Of a DNA stretch of 64,000 nt, positions 40,105 through 49,251 are shown piece by piece. The first letter of the stretch is position 1. Each line of letters opens with the position of its first letter. A program made the translations under genes and the position numbers. Under the pieces are notes generated by a model. The model did not search any database and was not told where the DNA came from. It saw only the letters and a list, made by a program, of their open reading frames with translations. Source of the stretch: Ostreococcus lucimarinus (taxonomy: Eukaryota); the NCBI GenBank assembly GCA_000092065.1, contig CP000589.1, one strand, 5' to 3'.

Positions 40105-42024
40105 ATGGGACGACGCGCGGCGATCGGCGTCGCGGCGATCGCGCTGCACGGAGGAAAACGGAACGCGGCGCGGGCGGAGGAGGAGGCGGCGGCGACGGGG
40201 ACGGCGACGGCGACGCCGCGGGGGACGGCGAACGCGCTGGACGCGTACGAGATGGCGACCAGGAGCGGTGGGAACTCGAACACGGCGAAAGCGATCGTGA
40301 ATAAGGGCGAGAAGAAGAGCAAGGTGAAGATTGAGGCGAAGGAGGCGTCGAGCGGGCCGCCGGGGGCGCTGCTCGGAGCGATTCCCGTCGTGCTCGGTCT
40401 CGGCGGATTCGCCGCGTTCAAATCGTTGAGCGGCGGGTCGTCGGCGGATGACGACGATGACGACGAGCCGATTCGTGCGCCGCCGAAGAAGCCGTCGTTG
40501 CCGAAATTTGAGGCGCCGAAGGTTGTGCCGCCGAAGTTTGACGCGCCCGAGATTGACGCGCCCAAATTTGAAGTTCCCAAGTTTGAGATGCCGAAGATTC
40601 CGGGCGTCGGCGGCAGTGGTTTGCCACCGGATGCGCCTCGCGCGGGCTTCCCATCGCGCGCGGATTCTTTCGCTGAGGAGGAGGAAGAACAAGAGGAAGA
40701 AGAGGAAGCCGTCGAAGACGAAGACAGAGAGGCGCGCAAAGCGCGCCGCGCAGCTGAACGAGCCGAGCGCGAAGCCGAGCGCGCCGCGCGGGATGCTGAG
40801 CGTGAAGCAGCTAAGGCGCAACGCGCCGCTGAGCGTGAAGCCGTCGAAGACGAAGACAGAGAGGCGCGCAAAGCGCGCCGCGCAGCTGAACGAGCCGAGC
40901 GCGAAGCCGAGCGCGCCGCGCGGGATGCTGAGCGTGAAGCAGCTGAGGCGCAACGCGCCGCTGAGCGTGAAGCCGCAGAAGCTGAACGAGCTCAGGCGAA
41001 GGAAGCCAAGGCGCGGGAGGCGGAACGCATCGAGCGCGATCGCAGCGCCGAAGAGAGAGACGCGGCTGAACGTAAGAAACGCGAAAAGCAGCTCATCGAA
41101 CAGGAGCGCGAGCGTATCAAGGCCGAAAAGCGAGTCCGTGCGGAACAACAGCGCGCGGCCCGCGATGCGGAAAAGGCTGAGCGCCAAGCGGAAAGGGATG
41201 CGCGCGAAGCGGAGCGACAGGCTGAAAAGGAAGCTCGAGCCGCCGAGCGAGCGGATCGCAAGGCCGCAAACGCTCTCCTCAAGTCCAAGCCAAAGTCAGC
41301 GCCGGAACCCAAGGAAGCCAAGGAAGAGAAATCGTTCACGCAACTCTTTGCGAAAAAGAACGTCGAAGACAGCGAACCACCGGCCAAAACGCAAGTCATG
41401 AAAAAGGCGAAGCCCGAGCCGATTGCGCGAACTCAAGTCATGTCCAAGAGTGGGAAATCGTCTGGCGTGGCCGAATTGCCATCCAAATTCCCGAGCGTTG
41501 AGGATTTGGAAGGTTTAAGCAAGGAAGAAAAGCTTGCGATCGCCGATGAGGCCGACGCCTTCGCCGAACGCTTGGTTCGTAAGGCTGAAGCTGCGGAGAA
41601 ATTCGCCAACGGTCCGGTCGTCGGCGTCCTCTTCTTCTTGAAGTCTGGCGCCATCAAGTCCGCTGAGCGTGCCGCCGAGGTCGCAGAGCTCGCCGAAGCG
41701 ACCGCCGCGCAAGTTCGATCGGCGGCGGAGCGCGGCGATGGCATCTCTGGCGCCGTTATCGGCGCCATCGCCGCGACCGTTCTCGTCGGCGGTGGCGCCG
41801 CGTTGTTGGGCGGCTCGTTGTTGGGCGGCGATAACGCACCCTCCTCCGGACCCAAGGCTGTGGCCATCAAGAAAGCTGCGGCTCCCAAGGCATCGGCACC
41901 TATGTTCGCCGCGCCGCCTCAAGAGGCGCCCAAGCTTCGCGATTTGGAAGCTCTCGAAGCCATCGAGAAACTGAACAACGGCGAAGGCGACGCGTTGGAC
42001 CTGTACGAACAGATGCGCCGCTAA
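40105..42024 (+). CDS. Membrane-anchored Ala/Glu/Arg/Lys-rich coiled-coil protein (unknown function)
   Basis: Hydrophobic segment 'GALLGAIPVVLGLGGFAAF', long ERA-rich coiled coil with an exact 44-aa duplication, C-terminal TM 'AVIGAIAATVLVGGGAALLGGSLLGG'. Start 40105 (ATG) or 39949. Confidence 0.5.
   Translation: MGRRAAIGVAAIALHGGKRNAARAEEEAAATGTATATPRGTANALDAYEMATRSGGNSNTAKAIVNKGEKKSKVKIEAKEASSGPPGALLGAIPVVLGLGGFAAFKSLSGGSSADDDDDDEPIRAPPKKPSLPKFEAPKVVPPKFDAPEIDAPKFEVPKFEMPKIPGVGGSGLPPDAPRAGFPSRADSFAEEEEEQEEEEEAVEDEDREARKARRAAERAEREAERAARDAEREAAKAQRAAEREAVEDEDREARKARRAAERAEREAERAARDAEREAAEAQRAAEREAAEAERAQAKEAKAREAERIERDRSAEERDAAERKKREKQLIEQERERIKAEKRVRAEQQRAARDAEKAERQAERDAREAERQAEKEARAAERADRKAANALLKSKPKSAPEPKEAKEEKSFTQLFAKKNVEDSEPPAKTQVMKKAKPEPIARTQVMSKSGKSSGVAELPSKFPSVEDLEGLSKEEKLAIADEADAFAERLVRKAEAAEKFANGPVVGVLFFLKSGAIKSAERAAEVAELAEATAAQVRSAAERGDGISGAVIGAIAATVLVGGGAALLGGSLLGGDNAPSSGPKAVAIKKAAAPKASAPMFAAPPQEAPKLRDLEALEAIEKLNNGEGDALDLYEQMRR
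40708..40971 (+). repeat. Near-perfect 132-bp tandem duplication inside coiled-coil gene
   Basis: 'gccgtcgaagacgaagacagagaggcgcgcaaagcgcgccgcgcagctgaacgagccgagcgcgaagccgagcgcgccgcgcgggatgctgagcgtgaagcagct[a/g]aggcgcaacgcgccgctgagcgtgaa' repeated at 40708 and 40840; one mismatch. Confidence 0.9.
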
Positions 42025-42100
42025 TACACATTATCTGTCGACCGCGACTGCGAGCAAAGGCGTACATATTCGTTCGATTTTGATACAAGACTATAACATT

Positions 42101-43144
42101 TCATTTTTTTTGCGGCCGTTTCGGTGAACGCGACGCTTTCGCGTCCTCCTTTTGCGCCAACTCCGCTCTTTTATCCACCGCGAAAGCCGCCATGATGGAA
42201 TCTCCTAGGCCGTCCTCGAGTAAGAACTCGGTCAAATCAATACCACCGCTATCATCTAAATCGAACACACACCAGATACTTTCGACCATGCTGCGAACGT
42301 CTTGGATGTGCGCGACGTCGTCCTTGATGCCGAATGTTTTTATGAGCGCTCGCACGACTTCATCCTTCTCCAAAGTCCCCGAATCGTCCTCGTCCCAAAA
42401 TTTAAACCACGCCCGTTTATCTGTGACGTGTGGTACATGTTTATACTCTCGCAACCTGGGCGGGTATTTCTTGGACACGAACTCCAACAAACCGTCGGCG
42501 CCGACTAACTGCGCCTTGCCCAGCGCGCCCGAACTCTCGGGGTCCCACCGCGCCCACAAGCTCCCTAAATCCTTGTCGATCTTCCTCCAATCCACCGGAA
42601 TCTGTGCTCTTATCACCGTCAACACCTGTTCTTTGTCCAATTTCCCGTTCCCATCGACGTCGCAAAGCCTAAACCACTCGTTCGCGTCCTCCGTCGGAAA
42701 GGGCACGCCCCGCGCGCTCGCGAACGCCGTCCGACATATCGGACACACCGATCCGATGTGTTCGCACACCGCTCGCGCGCACCGCTCGTGTAAAAAATGT
42801 TTACACGTGCGCGCGCCGCTTTCGTCCACGAACACCGCCGTGCGTTCCTTGCACAGCGGTTCGAAGCACGCGCCGCACTCTTGATGATCCTCGCTCACGT
42901 GCAGTCCCCCCCGCGCGCTCCCTTCGTCGTCGCTCGTCCCGCACCACACGTCATCCGTCGACCGTCGCGATCGACGCCGTTCGTTCTCGCGCTCCAACAC
43001 CGCCGTCGTCGCGTCGGCGTTCTTGCGATGCAAGTAATCGTTCGGAGGTTCGTACACCCCCGGGATCGCCGGCGCGAAGTGCTGCGCGATCTGCCGCTTG
43101 TTGCTGTTCGCCGTGTGCGTGGGCAGGCGCAGCGCGGCGCCCAT
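42101..43144 (-). CDS. RING-finger + EF-hand protein (putative Ca2+-regulated E3 ligase)
   Basis: RING 'CGACFEPL..CKHFLHERCARAVCEHIGSVCPICR'; EF loops 'DVDGNGKLDKEQ', 'DEDDSGTLEKDEV', 'DLDDSGGIDLTEF'. ATG 43144; upstream ORF portion is (GCGTC)n read-through. Confidence 0.65.
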   Translation of the reverse strand: MGAALRLPTHTANSNKRQIAQHFAPAIPGVYEPPNDYLHRKNADATTAVLERENERRRSRRSTDDVWCGTSDDEGSARGGLHVSEDHQECGACFEPLCKERTAVFVDESGARTCKHFLHERCARAVCEHIGSVCPICRTAFASARGVPFPTEDANEWFRLCDVDGNGKLDKEQVLTVIRAQIPVDWRKIDKDLGSLWARWDPESSGALGKAQLVGADGLLEFVSKKYPPRLREYKHVPHVTDKRAWFKFWDEDDSGTLEKDEVVRALIKTFGIKDDVAHIQDVRSMVESIWCVFDLDDSGGIDLTEFLLEDGLGDSIMAAFAVDKRAELAQKEDAKASRSPKRPQKK

Positions 43145-43145
<1 letters not shown>

Positions 43146-43176
<31 letters not shown>

Positions 43177-43192
43177 TCGCGTCGCGTCGCGG
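43146..43192. repeat. (GCGTC)9 pentanucleotide microsatellite
   Basis: Direct reiteration between the RING-EF gene start and the importin-alpha gene. Confidence 0.9.
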
Positions 43193-43390
43193 TGTGGCGC
43201 CGTCGATCCTCCGTCCCATCCATTCCACCATCCGACGCGCGTCGCGTCGCGTCGTCGCCGCACTTCGCGACGCCGCACTTCGCGCCGCGTCGCCCGCGAT
43301 CGCCGCGTCGACGATCGATCGCGCGCGAAGCGCCCGAGCGAGCGAGGCGGCACCGCGCGCCGAGGCGACGCCGCGCGCGCGCGCGGGACG

Positions 43391-43481
43391 ATGAGTCTTC
43401 GCCCGGGGTCCAAGGCGAGCGAACGGAAGAAGGGCTTCAAGAAAGCCATCGACGCCGATGAGGCGCGACGGAAGCGCGAAG
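43391..43481 (+). CDS. KPNA: Importin-alpha exon 1 (IBB domain start)
   Basis: 'MSLRPGSKASERKKGFKKAIDADEARRKRE' (cf. 'MSLRPSERVEVRRNRYKVAVDAEEGRRRRED'), ends GAAG|GTGCGC. Confidence 0.85.
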
Positions 43482-43696
43482 GTGCGCGGGGTGACGCGCG
43501 CGAGCGATGACGCGCGCGGACGGGCGCGGAGACGGCGCGCGGGCGCGAAGCGAGGGAGATTAAGTCGCGGTGGGATGATCTGGCGGCACGAAAACGGTGG
43601 ACGCGCGCGCGCGCAGCGCGCGCGCGAGGCGACGGCGACGCGGAGACGACGAAGGACTGACGATGCACGCGCGCGCGCGGTGGTCGGCGAACGCAG

Positions 43697-43754
43697 ATAA
43701 CATGATTCAGATTCGTAAGGATAAGCGCGAGGAGGCGATGATGAAGAAGCGAAG
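43697..43754 (+). CDS. KPNA: Importin-alpha exon 2
   Basis: 'DNMIQIRKDKREEAMMKKRR' (IBB 'DNMVEIRKSKREESLLKKRR'); CAG acceptor with ACTGACG 24 nt upstream; ends AG|GTGCGC. Confidence 0.85.
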
Positions 43755-43849
43755 GTGCGCGCGAGACGACGACGCGCGCGAGGCGGAAAACGCGAACGCG
43801 CGGTGATTCATCGGACGGTGACTGACGAAGTGGGTTTATGATGACGCAG

Positions 43850-45296
43850 GGACGGTGCGACTGGAAGCGTGGCGTCGGATTCGACGGCGATGACGGGTTC
43901 GCCGGGCGGGGGATCGGTGCAGAGCAAGCTCGCGCAGTTGCCGCAAATGCTTGAAGCGCTGAAGAACCCGGATCCGAACGTGCAACTCGAGGCAACGATT
44001 GCGTTTCGTAAACTTCTTTCCATCGAGCGATCGCCGCCGATCGATCAGGTGATTGAGACCGGCGCGACGCCGTTTTTCGTCGAGTTTTTAAAGCGTACCG
44101 ATGTTCCAAAGTTGCAGTTTGAAGCCGCGTGGGCGCTGACGAACATCGCCTCTGGTACGAGCGAGCACACGGCGATCGTGATCGATCATGGGGCTGTGCC
44201 CATCTTTATCGCGCTGTTGGGTTCAGACAACCCCGACGTGCGCGAGCAAGCGGTTTGGGCGCTCGGGAACATCGCGGGCGACAGTCCGCGGTGCCGCGAC
44301 TTGGTGTTGCACGCCAACGCGTTGCATCCGCTCCTCGCGCAACTCAACGCCGAAGCGAAGATCCAGATGCTTCGTAACGCGACGTGGACTTTGTCGAACT
44401 TTTGCCGCGGTAAACCTCAGCCTGACTTTAGCGCGTTGCGAGCGGCGCTTCCGGCGCTCGCTCGCTTGGTGCACTCGAACGACGAGGAGGTGCTCACTGA
44501 TGCGTGCTGGGCGCTCTCGTACCTTAGCGACGGTACGAACGACAAGATCCAGGCCGTTATCGAGGCTGGAGTGTGCCGACGTCTCGTGGAGCTCTTGGCG
44601 AGCAACCATCCGAGCGTGTTGATTCCGGCGCTTCGAACGGTTGGTAACATCGTGACCGGCGACGACTATCAGACTCAAATCATCATCAACTGCCACGCTC
44701 TGAAGGCGTTGCTCGGATTATTGGCGGGAGACTACAAGAAGAGCATTAAAAAGGAAGCGTGCTGGACGATCTCGAACATCACCGCCGGTAACAAGGACCA
44801 AATCCAAAGCATCATTGACGAGCAAATGGTGCCGCCGTTGGTCGAGTTGCTCGCCAACGCCGAATTCGATATTAAGAAGGAGGCGGCCTGGGCGATTTCT
44901 AACGCCACGAGCGGTGGTACGCATCAACAGATCAAGTATCTCGTCAGCCAAGGGTGCATCAAGCCGCTGTGTGATCTCATCAACTGCAGCGACGCGCGCA
45001 TCGTCACCGTCGCGCTCGAGGGGTTGGAGAACATTTTAAAAGTCGGCGAGGCTGATCGCGGCGACAACATGGAAGCCCCGAACGTTTTCGCGCAATACAT
45101 CGACGAAGCCGAGGGGTTGGAGAAGATCGAATCGTTACAGAATCACACCAACGACGACATTTACCAAAAGGCGATGCGTCTTTTGGAGACGTATTTCGGT
45201 TTAGAGGACGACGACGCGCAAAACCTCATGCCCGAGGTCCAGGGCGACCAGTTCGCCTTCGGCGCCGGCGCGCCCACGGGCGGGTTCAACTTTTAG
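43850..45296 (+). CDS. KPNA: Importin-alpha exon 3 (ARM repeats to stop)
   Basis: Ten ARM repeats ('[30 protein letters not shown]..', 'WALTNIASG', 'WALGNIAGD', 'WTISNITAG', 'WAISNATSG'). The ORF-track 'M' is GTG. Total 532 aa. Confidence 0.9.
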
Positions 45297-45345
45297 ACTT
45301 TTTTCGCGCGATGGATGAAACGACTTTTTTCGCGCGATGGATGAA

Positions 45346-45382
<37 letters not shown>

Positions 45383-45385
45383 TCA
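45297..45385. repeat. 25-bp direct duplication 'ttttttcgcgcgatggatgaaacgac' x2 followed by (GAC)12
   Basis: Read directly; lies between the importin-alpha stop and the ADAM-like start. Confidence 0.85.
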
Positions 45386-45490
45386 CTAGCTCTTGAAATC
45401 AACGCAAATATTCACCCGCGTCGCCGCGCCACCTGGAGTTTCATAACGTCACCCAACAGCCGCGCTCGCGTCGCCACACGCGCGCGCGCC

Positions 45491-48040
45491 ATGCGCCCGA
45501 TCGCGCGATCGCGCGCCCGCGCGCGCGAAACACTTCGCGGCGCGTGGTTCCGGCTCGCGATCTGCGCCGCCTGCGCCCTCGCGCGCGCGAAATCCGCGCG
45601 AGGGCACGACGATGACGCATCGGGACGCGGCGCGCCCGCGTGGGTGTTGACGACGCTCACCGACGTTCGAGCGCGCGCGAGCGTCGACGGTGGCTACGCG
45701 CCCGAGGTGACGTTCACGCTCGATGCGTTCGGGACGTCGCACGACGTGCGCGTGGCGGTGAACGAGGAATTGACGTCGGGAGGGTGCGCGGCGAAACGGC
45801 GACTGGGCGCGAGCGACGCCGACTCGAGACGCCGACGCGAGGAGGGTCGGAGAAAACGCGAGGGAGGGCGGCGCGCGCGCGAGCTTTCGTCGGAGACGTC
45901 GAGCGCGCGCGCGCACGTGGAGACGATCGGGGAGAGCGATTTCGAGGTGATACCGATGGGGGCGTTCGGCGCGCGCGGCGCGGCGCGATGCCAGTATTTG
46001 GGCGCGACGACGAACGCGACGGTGAGAACCGCGGCGGCGTGCGCGCTGTGCGATGGGTTCGTCAAAGGGCAGATACGCTCGCGAAATGTGACGATCGCGT
46101 TCGAACAGGCGAGCGAGGCGGCGGCGGCGGCGTACTTGGCTTCGCGGACGATGCCGAGCGGGCGACACGCGCTCGAATACGTCGTGCTCAACGTGAGCAC
46201 CGTGCACGCGCACGAGGGGGGTAAGATTGACGAACCACGCATTATGGGGCCGGAAAGGCTCACGTACTTGGACGTTAATGGAAACGCGATGAGCATCGAG
46301 GAGGTTGAGCGGCAGGCGAAGGAGGCAAAGGAACCGGAAGACGCTGACCGCCGCCGAAAGCTTTTGCAAAGCTCGCAGCGATACATCGAACTCGTCGTCG
46401 TCAACGACTACGCGCGGTGTCAAATGTTTAACGGTGACGCGGATGCGTTAGAGGCGGACACGCTCTACGTCGTGAATGTCGTAAATTCGCTGTACGAAAA
46501 CGCATTCTCGCCGCCGATCAAAATAATCCTGAAGGACGTCGTATCGTTCACGGGTGGAGATCCGTACGAGCTCACGTGGCTTTCTGGCTCCGAGGAGGCC
46601 GCGGAAGAAATAATTGACGACATTAACGCGTGGCGGCGGGCGAATATAGGCTCCATCGCGGCGCACGACATGATGCACTTGTTCTCAGGGCTCGATTTCT
46701 ATGGCGTCGGCGACGAACCTGGTGAGAGTTCGCCTCACGTTATTGGCTTAGCGTCGCAGTACGCCGACTTCGGGTACAGCGGCGCTTGCGTGCAGTCAAA
46801 ATACTGCTCACAACTGCCCCCGGGAGTGTCGTCGGGTAGCGCTATGCTCACCGAGGGGGGCTGTTACGTTATATCTGGGCTGAAGTACTGCTGCTTCACC
46901 GCTGTGCAAGTCGCGGCGATCTCGATGGTTTGGAAAGCCAGCTCGCAACGAGACGCCATCACCGTCGCGCACGAAATCGGTCACCAACTCGGCTTCTCGC
47001 ACGATCACGTTGATTACGACTCGTGTCCGCAGTACGGCCAGATCATGGCAGTATACGCTAACTGGGAACTCGAGGTCGATTGGAGCACGTGCTCGAAGAC
47101 GGAATACGCTGCAAAAATCGGCGATATTTATCACGAATGTTTACTCGAGACGGAAACCGCGAGCACGTCGGTGTGCGGAAACGGGATCGTCGAGCCTGGG
47201 GAGCAGTGCGATTGTCCGGACAAAAACTGCACGTGTTACGATCACTGCTGCAATGCAGAGACGTGTCAGCTTTTGACGAACGCCACGTGTTCCGCGGTTG
47301 ATGGTTGCTGCGACGCTTCGACGTGCACGGTTGCCGCGTCGGGCACGGTTTGTCGCGCGTCGCTCGGCTCGTGCGACACCGCGGAAACGTGTGATGGAAC
47401 ATCGAAATCGTGTCCTGTGGACACGATCACGGCTTATGGAACCGCCTGCACGGACGCGAACGGTGATGTAGGCGCTTGTTGGGCAAACGAGTGCCGCAAT
47501 CGAGATTGGAAGTGTCAGGATTTAAGTGCGAACACGTACGGCGGCGTGCGAACGTCCACCGCGCGATGTCCGGCAACGGCGTACGCGCCCGCGCAAATCG
47601 CGGGCTCGTCGACCGCGTGCTCGAGTGGCGAAGGAGCTCAACCGTGGTATTGCTTCTCGGACGCCACGTCATGCTACGCTGGCTTGTACGCTGGCTTTAC
47701 TACGATAAACGCGTCGCTCGGCTTTCCCTGCGGCGCCGCGACTGCGGGAGTGCACTCGAACGTGTGCGATGGTTTGGGTTCGTGTGTGGCGCTGTCGTCG
47801 GTGATGCCGACGTACACTTCACCTTTGCCGACGTTGTCGCAACAACGCGAGCGAGACTGCGCCGCCTATCCAACGCCGACGGGGTACGTGCATCCCGTCG
47901 TCACGCCGCCTTCCTCGACGCCTGTTCCGTCGTCGACGCCGCCGACGACGCCGCCGTCGACGCCGTCGAGCGCGCCGATTCGAACTATTTCAACGCTGCT
48001 GTATATGTTGACGCTGACGCTCTGCCTGTCGCTCTCTTAG
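45491..48040 (+). CDS. ADAM/reprolysin-like zinc metalloprotease with disintegrin and Cys-rich domains, S/T/P stalk, hydrophobic C-terminus
   Basis: Signal peptide, pro-domain, M12B site 'HEIGHQLGFSHDH', disintegrin-like 'CGNGIVEPGEQCDC..' and many Cys, then 'PPSSTPVPSSTPPTTPPSTPSSAP', tail 'ISTLLYMLTLTLCLSLS'. Confidence 0.75.
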   Translation: MRPIARSRARARETLRGAWFRLAICAACALARAKSARGHDDDASGRGAPAWVLTTLTDVRARASVDGGYAPEVTFTLDAFGTSHDVRVAVNEELTSGGCAAKRRLGASDADSRRRREEGRRKREGGRRARELSSETSSARAHVETIGESDFEVIPMGAFGARGAARCQYLGATTNATVRTAAACALCDGFVKGQIRSRNVTIAFEQASEAAAAAYLASRTMPSGRHALEYVVLNVSTVHAHEGGKIDEPRIMGPERLTYLDVNGNAMSIEEVERQAKEAKEPEDADRRRKLLQSSQRYIELVVVNDYARCQMFNGDADALEADTLYVVNVVNSLYENAFSPPIKIILKDVVSFTGGDPYELTWLSGSEEAAEEIIDDINAWRRANIGSIAAHDMMHLFSGLDFYGVGDEPGESSPHVIGLASQYADFGYSGACVQSKYCSQLPPGVSSGSAMLTEGGCYVISGLKYCCFTAVQVAAISMVWKASSQRDAITVAHEIGHQLGFSHDHVDYDSCPQYGQIMAVYANWELEVDWSTCSKTEYAAKIGDIYHECLLETETASTSVCGNGIVEPGEQCDCPDKNCTCYDHCCNAETCQLLTNATCSAVDGCCDASTCTVAASGTVCRASLGSCDTAETCDGTSKSCPVDTITAYGTACTDANGDVGACWANECRNRDWKCQDLSANTYGGVRTSTARCPATAYAPAQIAGSSTACSSGEGAQPWYCFSDATSCYAGLYAGFTTINASLGFPCGAATAGVHSNVCDGLGSCVALSSVMPTYTSPLPTLSQQRERDCAAYPTPTGYVHPVVTPPSSTPVPSSTPPTTPPSTPSSAPIRTISTLLYMLTLTLCLSLS

Positions 48041-48058
48041 AATGCTCTAGAATCGTAA

Positions 48059-48063
48059 TGTAA
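48059..48063 (+). promoter_or_regulatory. Putative TGTAA polyadenylation signal (green-algal type) 19 nt after the ADAM-like stop
   Basis: TGTAA in an AT-richer 3' flank; the same pentamer occurs at 51598-51602 after the PTST-like stop and near other 3' ends (24590; minus strand near 37560). Confidence 0.3.
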
Positions 48064-48090
48064 TTTACAAACTTTCGCGCGAACGAGACG

Positions 48091-48978
48091 CTACGCCCTC
48101 TTGACGCTCACGCTGAGCGCGTCCTTTTTCGGCCCGCCCTCTTCGCCCTTCCACACCTGCTCATACTCAAACATCGCCTCCAATAAATGCGTGTCGTACC
48201 GACCCGCGCTCGAATCGACGTACTCTAAATACCCCGGCGCGCCCGGATACACGACGTTATCCGCGACGACGATCGTCCCCCGACGAACCACGCCCGCGTC
48301 TTCGTACAACTTCAAATCCGGCAAATACCGCTCCTTCGCGTGATCGAGAAACAACACATCCGCGCCCTCCGTCGTCCCGACCCCCTTCACGCTCTCCACG
48401 AACGCGCGCGCGTCCCCCACCGCCTCCGATCCCGCCGCCGTCAGCACTCGCACCCGATCGTCCAGCCCCGCGTACGCGAGCGCCCATCGCGCCACCTCCG
48501 CGTGTCGCGCCTCGTACTCGACGCACAGCATCCTCGCCCTCGCGCTCTTAAACCGCATCGCCGTCGCGATCGCGCTGTACCCCAAAAACGTCCCGATCTC
48601 CACGCAGCACTCCAGCTTCGGCGCGCGATCGAGCTCGCGTCCCAGCAGCGCCGCCTTCGCCCGTCCCAGCGCGTACGTCGGGTACCGCGCGAAGAACGCG
48701 TCGTACGCCTCGAGGATCGACGCCCCGTCGCCGCGCGTCGCGCGCCGCTCCAGGTACGGAATCACGTCCCGAGGTTCGCGATACGGCCACCGCGCGTAAA
48801 ACGTCGCCGCGTCGTCGTCGTCGTCGTCGTCGCGCGCGTCCGCGTCGCGTCGCGTCGTGGACGTGAGCGCGAGCGTCAGCGTCGTCATCATCGCCGCGCG
48901 TCGATTCGTCGTCGCCGGCGTTCGAGTCGTCGCGCGCGGGACGCGCGCGGACGCGCGCACCGCCGGCGTCGCGCGCAT
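48091..48978 (-). CDS. Class-I SAM-dependent O-methyltransferase (catechol/CCoA-OMT-like, Methyltransf_3)
   Basis: 'ECCVEIGTFLGYSAIATA', 'VLFLDHAKERY', 'RRGTIVVADNVVYPGAP' colinear with COMT-type OMTs; poly-Asp from (GTC)n. ATG 48978 (or 48891). The upstream 200 codons of the 500-aa ORF are Arg-rich read-through. Confidence 0.65.
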   Translation of the reverse strand: MRATPAVRASARVPRATTRTPATTNRRAAMMTTLTLALTSTTRRDADARDDDDDDDAATFYARWPYREPRDVIPYLERRATRGDGASILEAYDAFFARYPTYALGRAKAALLGRELDRAPKLECCVEIGTFLGYSAIATAMRFKSARARMLCVEYEARHAEVARWALAYAGLDDRVRVLTAAGSEAVGDARAFVESVKGVGTTEGADVLFLDHAKERYLPDLKLYEDAGVVRRGTIVVADNVVYPGAPGYLEYVDSSAGRYDTHLLEAMFEYEQVWKGEEGGPKKDALSVSVKRA

Positions 48979-49251
48979 CGCGGGCGGCGCGCGTCGCGAT
49001 GCGTCGCGACGCGTCGTCGCGTCGTCGTCGGCGGCGGTGTCGCCCGCACGCCCGGGTGTTTCGGTCACGCCCGGGTGTTTCGACCGGTCGGTCGCCGCGT
49101 TCCAGCGTGGCGACGGCCGATCGCGCGAGACCGCGACGCGCGCGCGCGACGCGCCGAGGCGCGCGCGACGCGAGCGACGGGCACCGCGATCGAGAGCGCG
49201 CGGACGGCGTCTCGACCGCGTCGCGCGACGCGACGACGTCGAGCGACGACG

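Noticed and set aside
39463-41187. 574-aa minus-strand ORF overlapping the DPH6 start and the coiled-coil gene
   Set aside because: Arg/Ser-rich, mirrors the 132-bp duplication of the sense gene, and bridges two independently supported genes on opposite strands.
48340-49250. N-terminal 300 codons of the 1079-aa plus-strand ORF; similarly 4368-5255+, 4609-5658+, 4883-6157-, 5401-6531-, 11554-12759+, 17336-17896+, 21362-22117+, 61802-62809+
   Set aside because: All are Arg/Pro/Ala-rich read-throughs antisense to, or upstream of, recognisable genes. Extreme GC3 bias removes stop codons from non-coding frames, and the real genes account for the DNA.
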